This document shows, in pieces, positions 17,133 to 25,328 of a stretch of 64,000 bases of DNA (positions within the stretch are counted from its first letter, which is position 1; each line of letters opens with the position of its first letter). The DNA is taken from positions 6,064 to 70,063 of the forward strand of contig JAMQPK010000194.1 in the NCBI GenBank assembly GCA_023717525.1, read 5' to 3'. The notes under the pieces are model-generated. The model saw only the letters and a program-made list of their open reading frames with translations, searched no databases and was not told the origin of the DNA. A program made the translations under genes and the position numbers. The DNA is from Vicinamibacterales bacterium. GTDB lineage: Bacteria; Acidobacteriota; Vicinamibacteria; Vicinamibacterales; JAMQPK01.

Positions 17133-18539
17133 TTGGCCCCACCAACGCCGCCCCAGCGCGCACCCATCCTTCTCGTCGAGGACAAGGACTCCCTTCGGCA
17201 GATGCTGCGTCTGGCCATTGAGGGCCAGGGGCACACCGTCATCGAAGCACGGGATCAGCCCGACGCCGTTCGGACGATGCAACAGTCCCGGCCGTCGCTC
17301 GTGTTGACGGATCTTCGGTTGCCGGAAGGCGACGGTTTCGGCGTCCTTCGGGCGGCGAAGGAACTTGATCCGCAGCTCCCTGTGATCGTGATGACGGCTT
17401 ACGGCAGTATTCAGGATGCCGTTGCGGCGATGAAAGAAGGGGCGCTCGATTTCCTGGCGAAACCTGTCGATCCCGATCACCTGCTGTTGATGGTCGAGCG
17501 CGCGCTGGCCCAACGGCGGTTGCTGACCGAATACATCCTGCTGAAGGAAGAGCTGGCCACGCGTAGGGGCGCGCCGCTGATTATCGGAGAGGCCCCGTCG
17601 CTGAAGAACGTCATCTCCGCTCTTCAACGGGCAGCGGGCACTGACGCGACCGTACTGCTCGAGGGTGAAAGCGGCACTGGCAAGGAGTTGTTCGCGCGTG
17701 CGCTTCACGCGCTCAGCGAACGGTCCGATGGACCATTCGTCGCCATCAACTGCGCGGCCATTCCCGACAACCTGCTCGAGACTGAATTGTTCGGTCACGA
17801 GAAGGGCGCCTTCACCGGCGCGGTGGCCCGCAAGCCGGGGAAATTCGAGCTCGCCCATCGCGGCACGCTGTTCCTCGACGAGATCGGAGACCTGCCGATC
17901 GGCCTGCAGGCGAAGATTCTGCGCGCGCTCGAAGAGCGCCGGTTCGAACGCGTCGGCGGCACGTCGTCGTTGCAGGTCGATGTGCGGATCGTCGCGGCGA
18001 CCAACAAGGGACTTCGCATGGCCGTCGCCGCGAAGCAGTTTCGCGAGGATCTCTACTTCCGGCTGTCGGTGTTTCCCATCACGATTCCACCGCTGCGCGA
18101 GCGCAAGGACGACATTCCGATTCTCGCCCGGCATTTCGTCGAGCGATTCTGCCGCGATCTGAACAAGAAGGTCGCGACCCTTGCGCCCGGGGCCATCGAA
18201 GAGCTGCAGCGCTACGGATGGCCCGGGAACGTGCGCGAGCTTCAGAACTGCATGGAGCGGTCGGTGATTCTCGCCGACACCGACACCATTCACGCCCGCC
18301 ATCTGAACCTGGCGCTGCATGCGCCCCTTCAGCCGGTCGAAGCGCCAAACCCATGGACGTCGTTCGACTTTTCGGGATCACTGGCGGACGTTGGCCGGCG
18401 CGCGCAGCTCGAAGCAGAGCGCCGTAAGATTACGCAGACGTTGCAGGAGACGGCGGGCAACAAGATGCGCGCAGCGGAAACCCTCGGGGTGAGCTACAAG
18501 GCGTTTCTGATGAAGATGAGGGAGTGCGGGATCGAATAG
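17133..18539 (+). CDS. sigma-54-dependent response regulator (NtrC family, PilR-like)
   Basis: Receiver domain (LLVEDKD...DLRLPEGDG). AAA+ domain with GESGTGKE, GAFTGA and Walker B LFLDEI. C-terminal Fis-type HTH (AAETLGVSYKAFLMKM). Confidence 0.9.
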   Translation: MAPPTPPQRAPILLVEDKDSLRQMLRLAIEGQGHTVIEARDQPDAVRTMQQSRPSLVLTDLRLPEGDGFGVLRAAKELDPQLPVIVMTAYGSIQDAVAAMKEGALDFLAKPVDPDHLLLMVERALAQRRLLTEYILLKEELATRRGAPLIIGEAPSLKNVISALQRAAGTDATVLLEGESGTGKELFARALHALSERSDGPFVAINCAAIPDNLLETELFGHEKGAFTGAVARKPGKFELAHRGTLFLDEIGDLPIGLQAKILRALEERRFERVGGTSSLQVDVRIVAATNKGLRMAVAAKQFREDLYFRLSVFPITIPPLRERKDDIPILARHFVERFCRDLNKKVATLAPGAIEELQRYGWPGNVRELQNCMERSVILADTDTIHARHLNLALHAPLQPVEAPNPWTSFDFSGSLADVGRRAQLEAERRKITQTLQETAGNKMRAAETLGVSYKAFLMKMRECGIE

Positions 18540-18580
18540 GGCAGAGGGCAGAGGGCAGAGGGCAGAGGGCAGAGGGCAAG
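18539..18580. repeat. tandem heptamer array (GGGCAGA) x5 plus a degenerate GGGCAAG
   Basis: Read directly. It starts on the last base of the response-regulator stop codon and is the inverted partner of 19088-19122. Confidence 0.9.
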
Positions 18581-18701
18581 AACTGCGACTTAGTTGCCTC
18601 TTCGGAATTGCACTAGCTGCGTTGCGCGGCACGGTACTACGCAGAATCAGCGGCGAAATCGCGTTGTACGGATCGGCATCGCCGATGAATCATCAGTCGG
18701 C

Positions 18702-19082
18702 ATGTCGAACTCTATCATCTGCGACCGTTCGTTTCAGTTTGCCTCGAGGACTCTGACACTGTGCGATCGGCTGTACAAGCGCGGTCCCTCTGGGCGCCAC
18801 CTGGCATCACAGCTCCTGAGCTGCGCGACGTCGATCGGCGCAAATGCCGAGGAAGCGCAAGAGGCTCAGACCAAAGCGGATTTCATTGCAAAGCTGAGTA
18901 TCTCGCGTAAGGAGGCGCGCGAAGCGACGTGGTGGCTGCGCCTCGTCGTGAAGAACAACCTGGCAACGGCTAACGACGTCGAGTGGGAGTTGAGCGAGGC
19001 GCGCCAGCTCCTCGCGATGATCAGAAGCGCGATCCTTACGGCGCGAGCGTCATCTGAACGCGGTGCGAATGCACGATCTTGA
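18702..19082 (+). CDS. four-helix-bundle protein (23S rRNA intervening-sequence protein family, PF05635/TIGR02436-like)
   Basis: MSNSIICDRSFQFASRTLTLCDRL...SIGANAEEAQEAQTKADFIAKLSISRKEAREATWWLRL. The ...NIAEG/ANAEEAQ and KE..ET.YWL pattern is characteristic of this family. Confidence 0.8.
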   Translation: MSNSIICDRSFQFASRTLTLCDRLYKRGPSGRHLASQLLSCATSIGANAEEAQEAQTKADFIAKLSISRKEAREATWWLRLVVKNNLATANDVEWELSEARQLLAMIRSAILTARASSERGANARS

Positions 19083-19087
19083 CGGCC

Positions 19088-19122
19088 CCTGCCCTCTGCC
19101 CTCTGCCCTCTGCCCTCTGCCC
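19088..19122. repeat. tandem heptamer array (TCTGCCC) x5, reverse complement of 18539-18580
   Basis: Read directly. It begins 6 nt after the four-helix-bundle stop and ends 12 nt before the aroB stop. Confidence 0.9.
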
Positions 19123-19134
19123 TGACATGGCTCT

Positions 19135-20214
19135 TTACCTCTTCAGCCCAATCTTCCTCAGCGCCTTCCCCAACTCTTCCTCCGTCACATCCTTCGCCGT
19201 CGTCCACGATCCGATGCCCGTGCAAAGGACGTAGTGCAGCGTTCCATCGACGATCTTCTTGTCGTGCCGCGCTGCCTCGAGCACTTCTTTGGTTGAGAGG
19301 TCCCCGACCGGAGGAAGCGGCCCGAGCTTCATGATGATCGTGCCGAGCGCGTGGCGGTCCGTTGCGGGCATCGCACCGCGCGCAACGCCGATCTCTGCCG
19401 CCGCGAGCATGCCATAGGCGATCGCTTCTCCGTGGCGGAAGCGCTTGTACTTGGTCACGACCTCGAGTGCGTGGCCGGCCGTGTGGCCGAAGTTCAGCAT
19501 CCGCCGAGGTCCGGATTCCTTCTCGTCGAGAGACACGACCGACGCCTTTATCTGGCAGGACTCCGCGATGATGGGCACGAGCGCGTCGCCTTTCCTCGCG
19601 AAGATCGCGTCGATCTCCCGGCCGATGCGGTCGAACAGGTCGCGGCTCGACGTCATGCCGTACTTGATGACCTCGTAGAGGCCCGCACGGAATTCGCGGC
19701 GAGGCAGTGTTTCGAGAAGCGCGGGATCGATCGCAACCAGCGACGGATGGTAAAAAGCGCCGATCAGGTTCTTGCCCAGCGCGTGATTGACGCCGACCTT
19801 GCCGCCGATCGCGCTGTCGACCTGAGCAAGCAGCGTCGTCGGGACCTGGATCAGTCTGATGCCCCGCAGGTACGAGGACGCGATGAAGCCTGCCATGTCG
19901 CCGATCACGCCGCCGCCGACGGCGATCACCGTCGAACCGCGATCCGCTTCCAGCTTGATGAGCGACTCGTAGGCCCGCGACACCGTGACGAGTTGCTTGT
20001 GACGTTCGCCATCTGGCAGAAGGATGGGTTCGGTGCGTGGCGCCGCTTTGGCCATCGCCTTGCCGTGCAGTTTCCACACCAGCGGACTGGAAATGAAGAA
20101 CCGGCGTTTCGGTGTGTTGGACTGGTCGAGAAGCCGACCCAACTGCGCCGTCAGTCCGTGCTCGATAAAAATGGGATATCGATTCTGTCCAGCGCTGACG
20201 TCTACGCGGAGCAT
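19135..20214 (-). CDS. aroB: 3-dehydroquinate synthase
   Basis: 359 aa with GGGVIGDMAGF, RGIRLIQVPTTLLAQVDSAIGGK and HAxGHAxE-like FGHTAGHALE motifs. Confidence 0.9.
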   Translation of the reverse strand: MLRVDVSAGQNRYPIFIEHGLTAQLGRLLDQSNTPKRRFFISSPLVWKLHGKAMAKAAPRTEPILLPDGERHKQLVTVSRAYESLIKLEADRGSTVIAVGGGVIGDMAGFIASSYLRGIRLIQVPTTLLAQVDSAIGGKVGVNHALGKNLIGAFYHPSLVAIDPALLETLPRREFRAGLYEVIKYGMTSSRDLFDRIGREIDAIFARKGDALVPIIAESCQIKASVVSLDEKESGPRRMLNFGHTAGHALEVVTKYKRFRHGEAIAYGMLAAAEIGVARGAMPATDRHALGTIIMKLGPLPPVGDLSTKEVLEAARHDKKIVDGTLHYVLCTGIGSWTTAKDVTEEELGKALRKIGLKR

Positions 20215-20228
20215 TGGTGTTTAGTATC

Positions 20229-20263
20229 GAGTGACGAGTGACGAGTGACGAGTGATAAGTAAT
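20229..20263. repeat. tandem heptamer array (GAGTGAC) x3 plus degenerate GAGTGAT and AAGTAAT
   Basis: Read directly, 15 nt upstream of the aroB start codon (aroB is on the minus strand). Inverted partner of 20690-20710. Confidence 0.85.
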
Positions 20264-20273
20264 CCCGAAGGAC

Positions 20274-20663
20274 TCATCTCTGAGTTTCCCTCTCCTGAAG
20301 GCTCCTTCGAAGAGCATTGAGCATCTTGCGAAGTTCAACAATCGCATCGAGGACCGGCTTCACGTCCGCGACTTTGCAGAATCCGAGCTCGAGAGCGATT
20401 GTGAGTTGGGTGTCCACCTCCGCAACCGAACCCTCGGCATTTGAAACAAAGTGAATAAATTCCCGTGTACTGTAGCGAGCTTGACCTTCAGCGATGTTCG
20501 AAGGCACCGAGACCGCCGCCCGTCGCATTTGGGATATCAGGCCGAATCTTTCGCCATCCGGAAAGGTTTGGCTTGTTTGGTAAACCAACTTCACGAGCGC
20601 GATCCCCTTTTGCCACACGAGAAGATCCCGATAGCTGCCCACTTTCGTCCGGCCGTTCGGCAT
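20274..20663 (-). CDS. four-helix-bundle protein (23S rRNA intervening-sequence protein family)
   Basis: SYRDLLVWQKGIALVKLVY...ISQMRRAAVSVPSNIAEGQARYSTREFIHFVSNAEGSVAEVDTQL is the family signature. Confidence 0.8.
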   Translation of the reverse strand: MPNGRTKVGSYRDLLVWQKGIALVKLVYQTSQTFPDGERFGLISQMRRAAVSVPSNIAEGQARYSTREFIHFVSNAEGSVAEVDTQLTIALELGFCKVADVKPVLDAIVELRKMLNALRRSLQERETQR

Positions 20664-20689
20664 GGTTCCCCACGTAACACTTGTCCCTT

Positions 20690-20710
20690 ATCACTCGTCA
20701 CTCGTCACTG
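20690..20710. repeat. tandem heptamer array ATCACTC GTCACTC GTCACTG, reverse complement of 20229-20263
   Basis: Read directly, 25 nt upstream of the nadB start. Confidence 0.85.
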
Positions 20711-20735
20711 TACCGATGCAGTAGGATAGCATCCG

Positions 20736-22295
20736 GTGGACGTGCGAGGCGATTTCATCATCGTCGGAAGCGGCATTGCGGGACTGCGCGCGGCCGTGGA
20801 GCTTGCGCCGGCTGGCGACATCATCGTCATTACCAAAGCCGATCCGAGCGAGAGCAACACGGAGTACGCGCAGGGCGGCATCGCCGCGGCGATTGCCGCG
20901 GATGACTCGGCGGCGCTTCATGCCGCCGATACGATAACGGCGGGCGACGGGTTGTGCGACGAGCAGGCGGTTCGAGTGCTCGCTGACGAAGGACCGCGCT
21001 ACACGCTCGAGTTGCTCGAGTGGGGCGCGCGCTTCGATCGCGATGATCGCGGCCGGCCGGCACTTGCGTCCGAAGGCGCCCATAGCGTCCGCCGTGTGCT
21101 GCACGCGAGCGATGCGACGGGCCGCGAAATTGGCCGCGTCCTCTGGGAACGCGCCTCGTCAGCGACGCGCATTCGCGTGTTGAAGAACACGCTGGCGATC
21201 GGCGTCGTCATCGAAGACGGAAAATGCGCCGGTGTCCGCTTCATCGACGAGTCGGGGGCGAGTGGGCACGCCTTCGGGCATACGACGCTGCTGGCGACGG
21301 GTGGAGGGGGACAGGTATTTCGCGAAACGACGAATCCGACCATCGCGACTGGTGACGGCGTCGCGCTGGCGTATCGGGCCGGCGCCCGCATCGCCGACAT
21401 GGAGTTTGTGCAGTTCCACCCGACGGTGCTGAACGCCGACAATTCGCCGAGGTTTCTTCTATCGGAGGCGCTTCGCGGAGAAGGGGCGCGGCTCGTGAAC
21501 GCCAGTGGCAAGGCGTTCATGCTCGACTACCATCCCATGGCCGATCTCGCCCCGCGCGATGTCGTCGCGAGGAGCATCATCCGCGAGGCGAGTCGAACGG
21601 AAGGCCCCGTATTTCTGAGCCTTCGTCATCTGGATGTGGAGCAGGTCCGCCGGCGTTTCCCGATGATCGCCGCGACGGTGGCCAGGGCCGGTTTCGATCT
21701 TGCGCATGATCCGATTCCTGTGGGCCCGGCGGCGCATTACTTCATGGGGGGGGTCGAGACCGACCTCGAGGGGCGCACGTCGGTGTGCGGCCTGTTTGCC
21801 GCCGGCGAAGTTGCGTGCACGCGCGTGCACGGCGCGAACAGGCTGGCGAGTAATTCTCTGCTCGAAGGGCTGGTGTTCGGCGCGAGAGCCGGCCGTGCAA
21901 TGACAGGCCCACTGCGCGACGCCGACCTCCCGCCGCCGGTGCTTGGCGACGCAGCGTCAGGCGCTTCGATCCGGCCTGGCCGCATGATGAGTGAAGGAGA
22001 AATCCGGGACCTCATGTGGACGTCGGTCGGGCTGTTTCGAGAACGCCGAAGTCTGCAGGACGCCGCTGACAGGCTTCAGGAACAGCAGGCCGCACTCGAC
22101 GGGAACCTTGCCCGCGATGCGCCGCTCGACCACAAAGGCTGGCGCAGGTCCAGCATGGTGACGGTCGCAGCGTTGACAGCGACGGCGGCCCTTCGACGGG
22201 AAGAAAGCCGCGGCGGCCATTTCAGAACCGATTTCCCGGCCCGCGACGATCTAAACTGGAAGATTCACATCTCCGACGTGATGCATCCCCGATGA
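20736..22295 (+). CDS. nadB: L-aspartate oxidase
   Basis: DFIIVGSGIAGL FAD-binding N-terminus, NTEYAQGGIAA, and GEVACTRVHGANRLASNSLLEGLVFG. Confidence 0.9.
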   Translation: MDVRGDFIIVGSGIAGLRAAVELAPAGDIIVITKADPSESNTEYAQGGIAAAIAADDSAALHAADTITAGDGLCDEQAVRVLADEGPRYTLELLEWGARFDRDDRGRPALASEGAHSVRRVLHASDATGREIGRVLWERASSATRIRVLKNTLAIGVVIEDGKCAGVRFIDESGASGHAFGHTTLLATGGGGQVFRETTNPTIATGDGVALAYRAGARIADMEFVQFHPTVLNADNSPRFLLSEALRGEGARLVNASGKAFMLDYHPMADLAPRDVVARSIIREASRTEGPVFLSLRHLDVEQVRRRFPMIAATVARAGFDLAHDPIPVGPAAHYFMGGVETDLEGRTSVCGLFAAGEVACTRVHGANRLASNSLLEGLVFGARAGRAMTGPLRDADLPPPVLGDAASGASIRPGRMMSEGEIRDLMWTSVGLFRERRSLQDAADRLQEQQAALDGNLARDAPLDHKGWRRSSMVTVAALTATAALRREESRGGHFRTDFPARDDLNWKIHISDVMHPR

Positions 22296-24061
22296 AACAG
22301 TCAAAACTCCTAATCCAGACATACCGGGAAGCGCCCCGCGACGCCGACGTCATCAGCCAGCAGTTGATGATGCGGGCCGGCATGATCCAGAAGCTGGCCG
22401 CCGGCATCTACGACTATCTACCGCTCGCACTTCGAAGCATCCGCAAGTTCGAGGAGATCGTCAGGGAAGAGCTGGTGCGCGACGGCTGCCAGGAACTGCT
22501 CATGCCGGTCGTGCAGCCCCGCGAACTGTGGGACGAGAGCGCGCGCTGGCAGTTCTACGGCAGAGAACTGCTGCGCCTGAAAGATCGCAAGGACGCCGAT
22601 TTCTGCCTCGGGCCGACGCACGAGGAGGTCGTCACCGACATCGTCCGGAAGATCATCAAGAGCTACAAGCAGCTGCCGATTAACCTCTTTCAGATCCAGA
22701 CGAAGTTCCGCGACGAGATCCGGCCGAGGTTCGGGTTGATGCGCGGACGAGAGTTCATCATGAAGGACGGCTACTCCTTCCACGTCGACGATGCCGATGC
22801 GGACAGAGAGTATTGGCGGATGTTCGAGGCGTACAAGCGAATTTTTGCCAGGCTCGGCGTGAAGTTCCGCCCGGTCGAAGCCGACAGCGGAGCCATCGGC
22901 GGCAGCTTCACACACGAATTTCACGTGCTGGCTGGAAGCGGCGAGGATGCCATCCTGAGCTGCAACGCGTGCGAATACACCTCGAACGCTGAAAAAACAG
23001 AGGCACCCGGCCTGCCGTTCGGATACGCGAGCGAACCTGTGCTCGATCTGAAGCGGGCGCATTTCCATACGCCGGGGATTATCGCCATGGAAGAGCAGGC
23101 GAAGGCGTTCAGGGACGCCGAGCACAACGGCTTGCCTCTGGATCACGCCTCGAAGTTCTACCTGTATCGCGCCACCAGGGGCGATGCGACGTGGGACGCC
23201 GGGCTCGTCCTGCGCAGCGATCACGATCCCAATACGGTGAAGTTGAAGAATCTGATCGGCGCCGATTCGATTGATCTCGTGCCGCTCGAAGAGGCCGAGA
23301 AAAGAGCGGGAACGAAGTCGGGATTCATCGGCCCCGTGGACATGGATGTGTCGATGTACGTCGATCGCAGCCTTGAAGGTGCCTACAACCTGACGTGTGG
23401 CGCCAACCAGGAGGGGTATCACCACTTCGGCTTCAAGCCCGATCGAGATCTGAAGCAGATGAAAGGATTCCACGATCTGCGAATGGCGAGGGAAGGCGAT
23501 GTGTGTGCCCGGTGCGGGAAGGGAACCTACGAGGCCTTCCGGGGCATCGAAGTCGGACAGGTGTTCAAGCTGGGGACGAAGTACTCGCAGGCGATGTCGT
23601 GCGTCTTCAGCGACGAGGCGGGCCACGAGCGTCCCATGGTGATGGGCTGCTACGGCATCGGCATTACTCGCACGATCGCCGCCGTCATCGAACAGAACTA
23701 CGACGCCGACGGCATCATCTGGCCCTGGCCCGTCGCACCGTTCCACGTCCACCTGGTGAGCCTCGACTCCAACAAGCCGGAGATCGCGTCCGTGGCGAAT
23801 CGAGCCGAGAGCGATCTCGAAGCGGCCGGGTTCCAAGTCCTCCACGACGACCGCGACGGCCTGAGCCCTGGCGTGAAGTTCAAGGATGCGGATCTGCTCG
23901 GCATGCCGCTGCGCCTCACCGTCGGCGCGAAGGGGTTGAAAGATGGAATTGTCGAGCTACGCGATCGGCGTACGAAGGAAGTGACGAAGATTAAGCCCGA
24001 AGACGTCGTCGCGGCAGTTAAGGCACATCGTGAAAGAACAAACCACGAAGGCACGAAGTAA
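22292..24061 (+). CDS. proS: proline--tRNA ligase
   Basis: MKQSKLLIQTYREAPRDADVISQQLMMRAGMIQKLAAGIYDYLPL, 589 aa, with class II motifs. ATGA overlap with nadB. Confidence 0.95.
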   Translation: MKQSKLLIQTYREAPRDADVISQQLMMRAGMIQKLAAGIYDYLPLALRSIRKFEEIVREELVRDGCQELLMPVVQPRELWDESARWQFYGRELLRLKDRKDADFCLGPTHEEVVTDIVRKIIKSYKQLPINLFQIQTKFRDEIRPRFGLMRGREFIMKDGYSFHVDDADADREYWRMFEAYKRIFARLGVKFRPVEADSGAIGGSFTHEFHVLAGSGEDAILSCNACEYTSNAEKTEAPGLPFGYASEPVLDLKRAHFHTPGIIAMEEQAKAFRDAEHNGLPLDHASKFYLYRATRGDATWDAGLVLRSDHDPNTVKLKNLIGADSIDLVPLEEAEKRAGTKSGFIGPVDMDVSMYVDRSLEGAYNLTCGANQEGYHHFGFKPDRDLKQMKGFHDLRMAREGDVCARCGKGTYEAFRGIEVGQVFKLGTKYSQAMSCVFSDEAGHERPMVMGCYGIGITRTIAAVIEQNYDADGIIWPWPVAPFHVHLVSLDSNKPEIASVANRAESDLEAAGFQVLHDDRDGLSPGVKFKDADLLGMPLRLTVGAKGLKDGIVELRDRRTKEVTKIKPEDVVAAVKAHRERTNHEGTK

Positions 24062-24115
24062 GAACCACACAAGGACGCGAAGAAGAGACAATCATTTCAT
24101 CTTCGTGCCTTCGTG
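24044..24115. repeat. inverted repeat with perfect 15-nt arms CACGAAGGCACGAAG / CTTCGTGCCTTCGTG and a 42-nt loop
   Basis: Left arm 24044-24058 encodes the last residues of ProS (HEGTK) just before the stop. Right arm is 24101-24115. It lies between the convergent proS and tatC genes. Confidence 0.8.
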
Positions 24116-24143
24116 ATCTTAGAGCCTGAAGTCCGGAGTCCCG

Positions 24144-24953
24144 CTAGACCTCCTCGATCGGCTTCCTCTTTTTCCCGAACATCCAGGCGATGCCGATGCT
24201 GAGGATATAGAGCCCGATCATCGGGATGCCGACGATCATCTGGCTCGCGACGTCGGGGCTCGGGGTGATGACGGCGGCGATGATGAAGATCACCAGTATC
24301 GCGTATTTGAAATAGCGAAGCATCCAGCGGGCCGTGATGACGCCCATCTTGGCGAGAAAAAACACGAGCGTCGGCATCTGAAACACGATCGCCATGCCGA
24401 CGACCATCTTGATATAGAGCCCGAACGCCGTTTCGACTCGAGGGGTGAAGGTGACGAAGTCATTCTGAAACGTCGCGAAGAACTTCCACATGATGGGAAA
24501 CACGACGTAGTGACCGAACGCCGCGCCGGAGACACAGAAAATGCTTGCGAAGAGAACGAAAGGAATCGCGAAGCGCCGCTCCTTGGCGTAGAGCGCGGGA
24601 GCGATGAACAACCAGACCTGCCAGAGAATGAGCGGCGAAGCGATGATGAGCCCCGCGATGATGCCGATGCGGATGTACAGCATGAACGCTTCGGCGGCTT
24701 CCGTATAGATCAGCCTCCCGCCGGGGGGCAGCATCTGCTGCATCGGGCGCATCACGAATTCGTAGAGACGCTGGATAAACAGGAACGCGATGAGGGCGCC
24801 TGCGCCAAGCGAGATCAGCGCGTACATGAGCCGCGTCCGGAGCTCGTCGAGGTGCTCCAGGAACGACATCTTGCCGGCGCCGTCGTTTTCGCTGTCATCG
24901 AACGACCAGCGATCGCGGTCGTCGGGATCCTTCTGGAAGGGAACGACACCCAT
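24144..24953 (-). CDS. tatC: twin-arginine translocase subunit TatC
   Basis: MSFLEHLDELRTRL motif and six-TM hydrophobic profile, 269 aa. Confidence 0.9.
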   Translation of the reverse strand: MGVVPFQKDPDDRDRWSFDDSENDGAGKMSFLEHLDELRTRLMYALISLGAGALIAFLFIQRLYEFVMRPMQQMLPPGGRLIYTEAAEAFMLYIRIGIIAGLIIASPLILWQVWLFIAPALYAKERRFAIPFVLFASIFCVSGAAFGHYVVFPIMWKFFATFQNDFVTFTPRVETAFGLYIKMVVGMAIVFQMPTLVFFLAKMGVITARWMLRYFKYAILVIFIIAAVITPSPDVASQMIVGIPMIGLYILSIGIAWMFGKKRKPIEEV

Positions 24954-24989
24954 ACTTCAGTTACATACCAGTTCGGGTCGGAGGTTGAA

Positions 24990-25268
24990 CTACGCTCCCG
25001 CGTCCGCGCGCGGGGCTGGTTCGGGATGCGCCGCGACCGCGGCGTTCTCAACCGCGGGCGCCACTTCGGCCGACTTTCGAGCCGACTGAAGCTCCTCGGT
25101 CCTGATTTCGTCCTCGAGCGTGCTCTTCAGCTCGTTGGATGCGCGCTTGAACTCGGCGATGCTCTTCCCGAGTGATTTGCCGAGTTCCGGGAGCTTGCGC
25201 GGGCCAAAGATGAGCAGCGCAATTACCCCGATCACGATCATTTCCGGCATGCCAATTGAGCCAAACAT
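24990..25268 (-). CDS. tatA: twin-arginine translocase TatA/E family protein
   Basis: MFGSIGMPEMIVIGVIALLIFGPRKLPELGKSLGKSIAEFKRA. Confidence 0.85.
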   Translation of the reverse strand: MFGSIGMPEMIVIGVIALLIFGPRKLPELGKSLGKSIAEFKRASNELKSTLEDEIRTEELQSARKSAEVAPAVENAAVAAHPEPAPRADAGA

Positions 25269-25328
25269 GGGATAACTCCTTGGTGTTTCGAGTCTCCAAT
25301 TATACGCCTAACTGTAGTACCATTTTTG

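Noticed and set aside
17118-18320. 400-aa minus-strand ORF
   Set aside because: It is antisense to the sigma-54 activator gene, which has unambiguous receiver, AAA+ and HTH motifs.
18539-19122. Possibility that the short tandem repeats are CRISPR arrays
   Set aside because: The units are 7-10 nt and directly abutting with no spacers. The arrays are 21-42 nt long, and no cas genes are present.
18866-20347. 493-aa minus-strand ORF spanning aroB and both repeat arrays
   Set aside because: It is in an alternative frame of aroB with Arg-rich composition. It runs through the heptamer arrays and the end of the four-helix-bundle gene.
18539-20710. Composite transposon interpretation (two cassettes flanking aroB)
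   Set aside because: The two cassettes have unrelated repeat units and no transposase or integrase. aroB is a single-copy housekeeping gene in normal context. The cassettes are kept as separate elements.
22418-23845. 475-aa minus-strand ORF
   Set aside because: It is antisense to proS.
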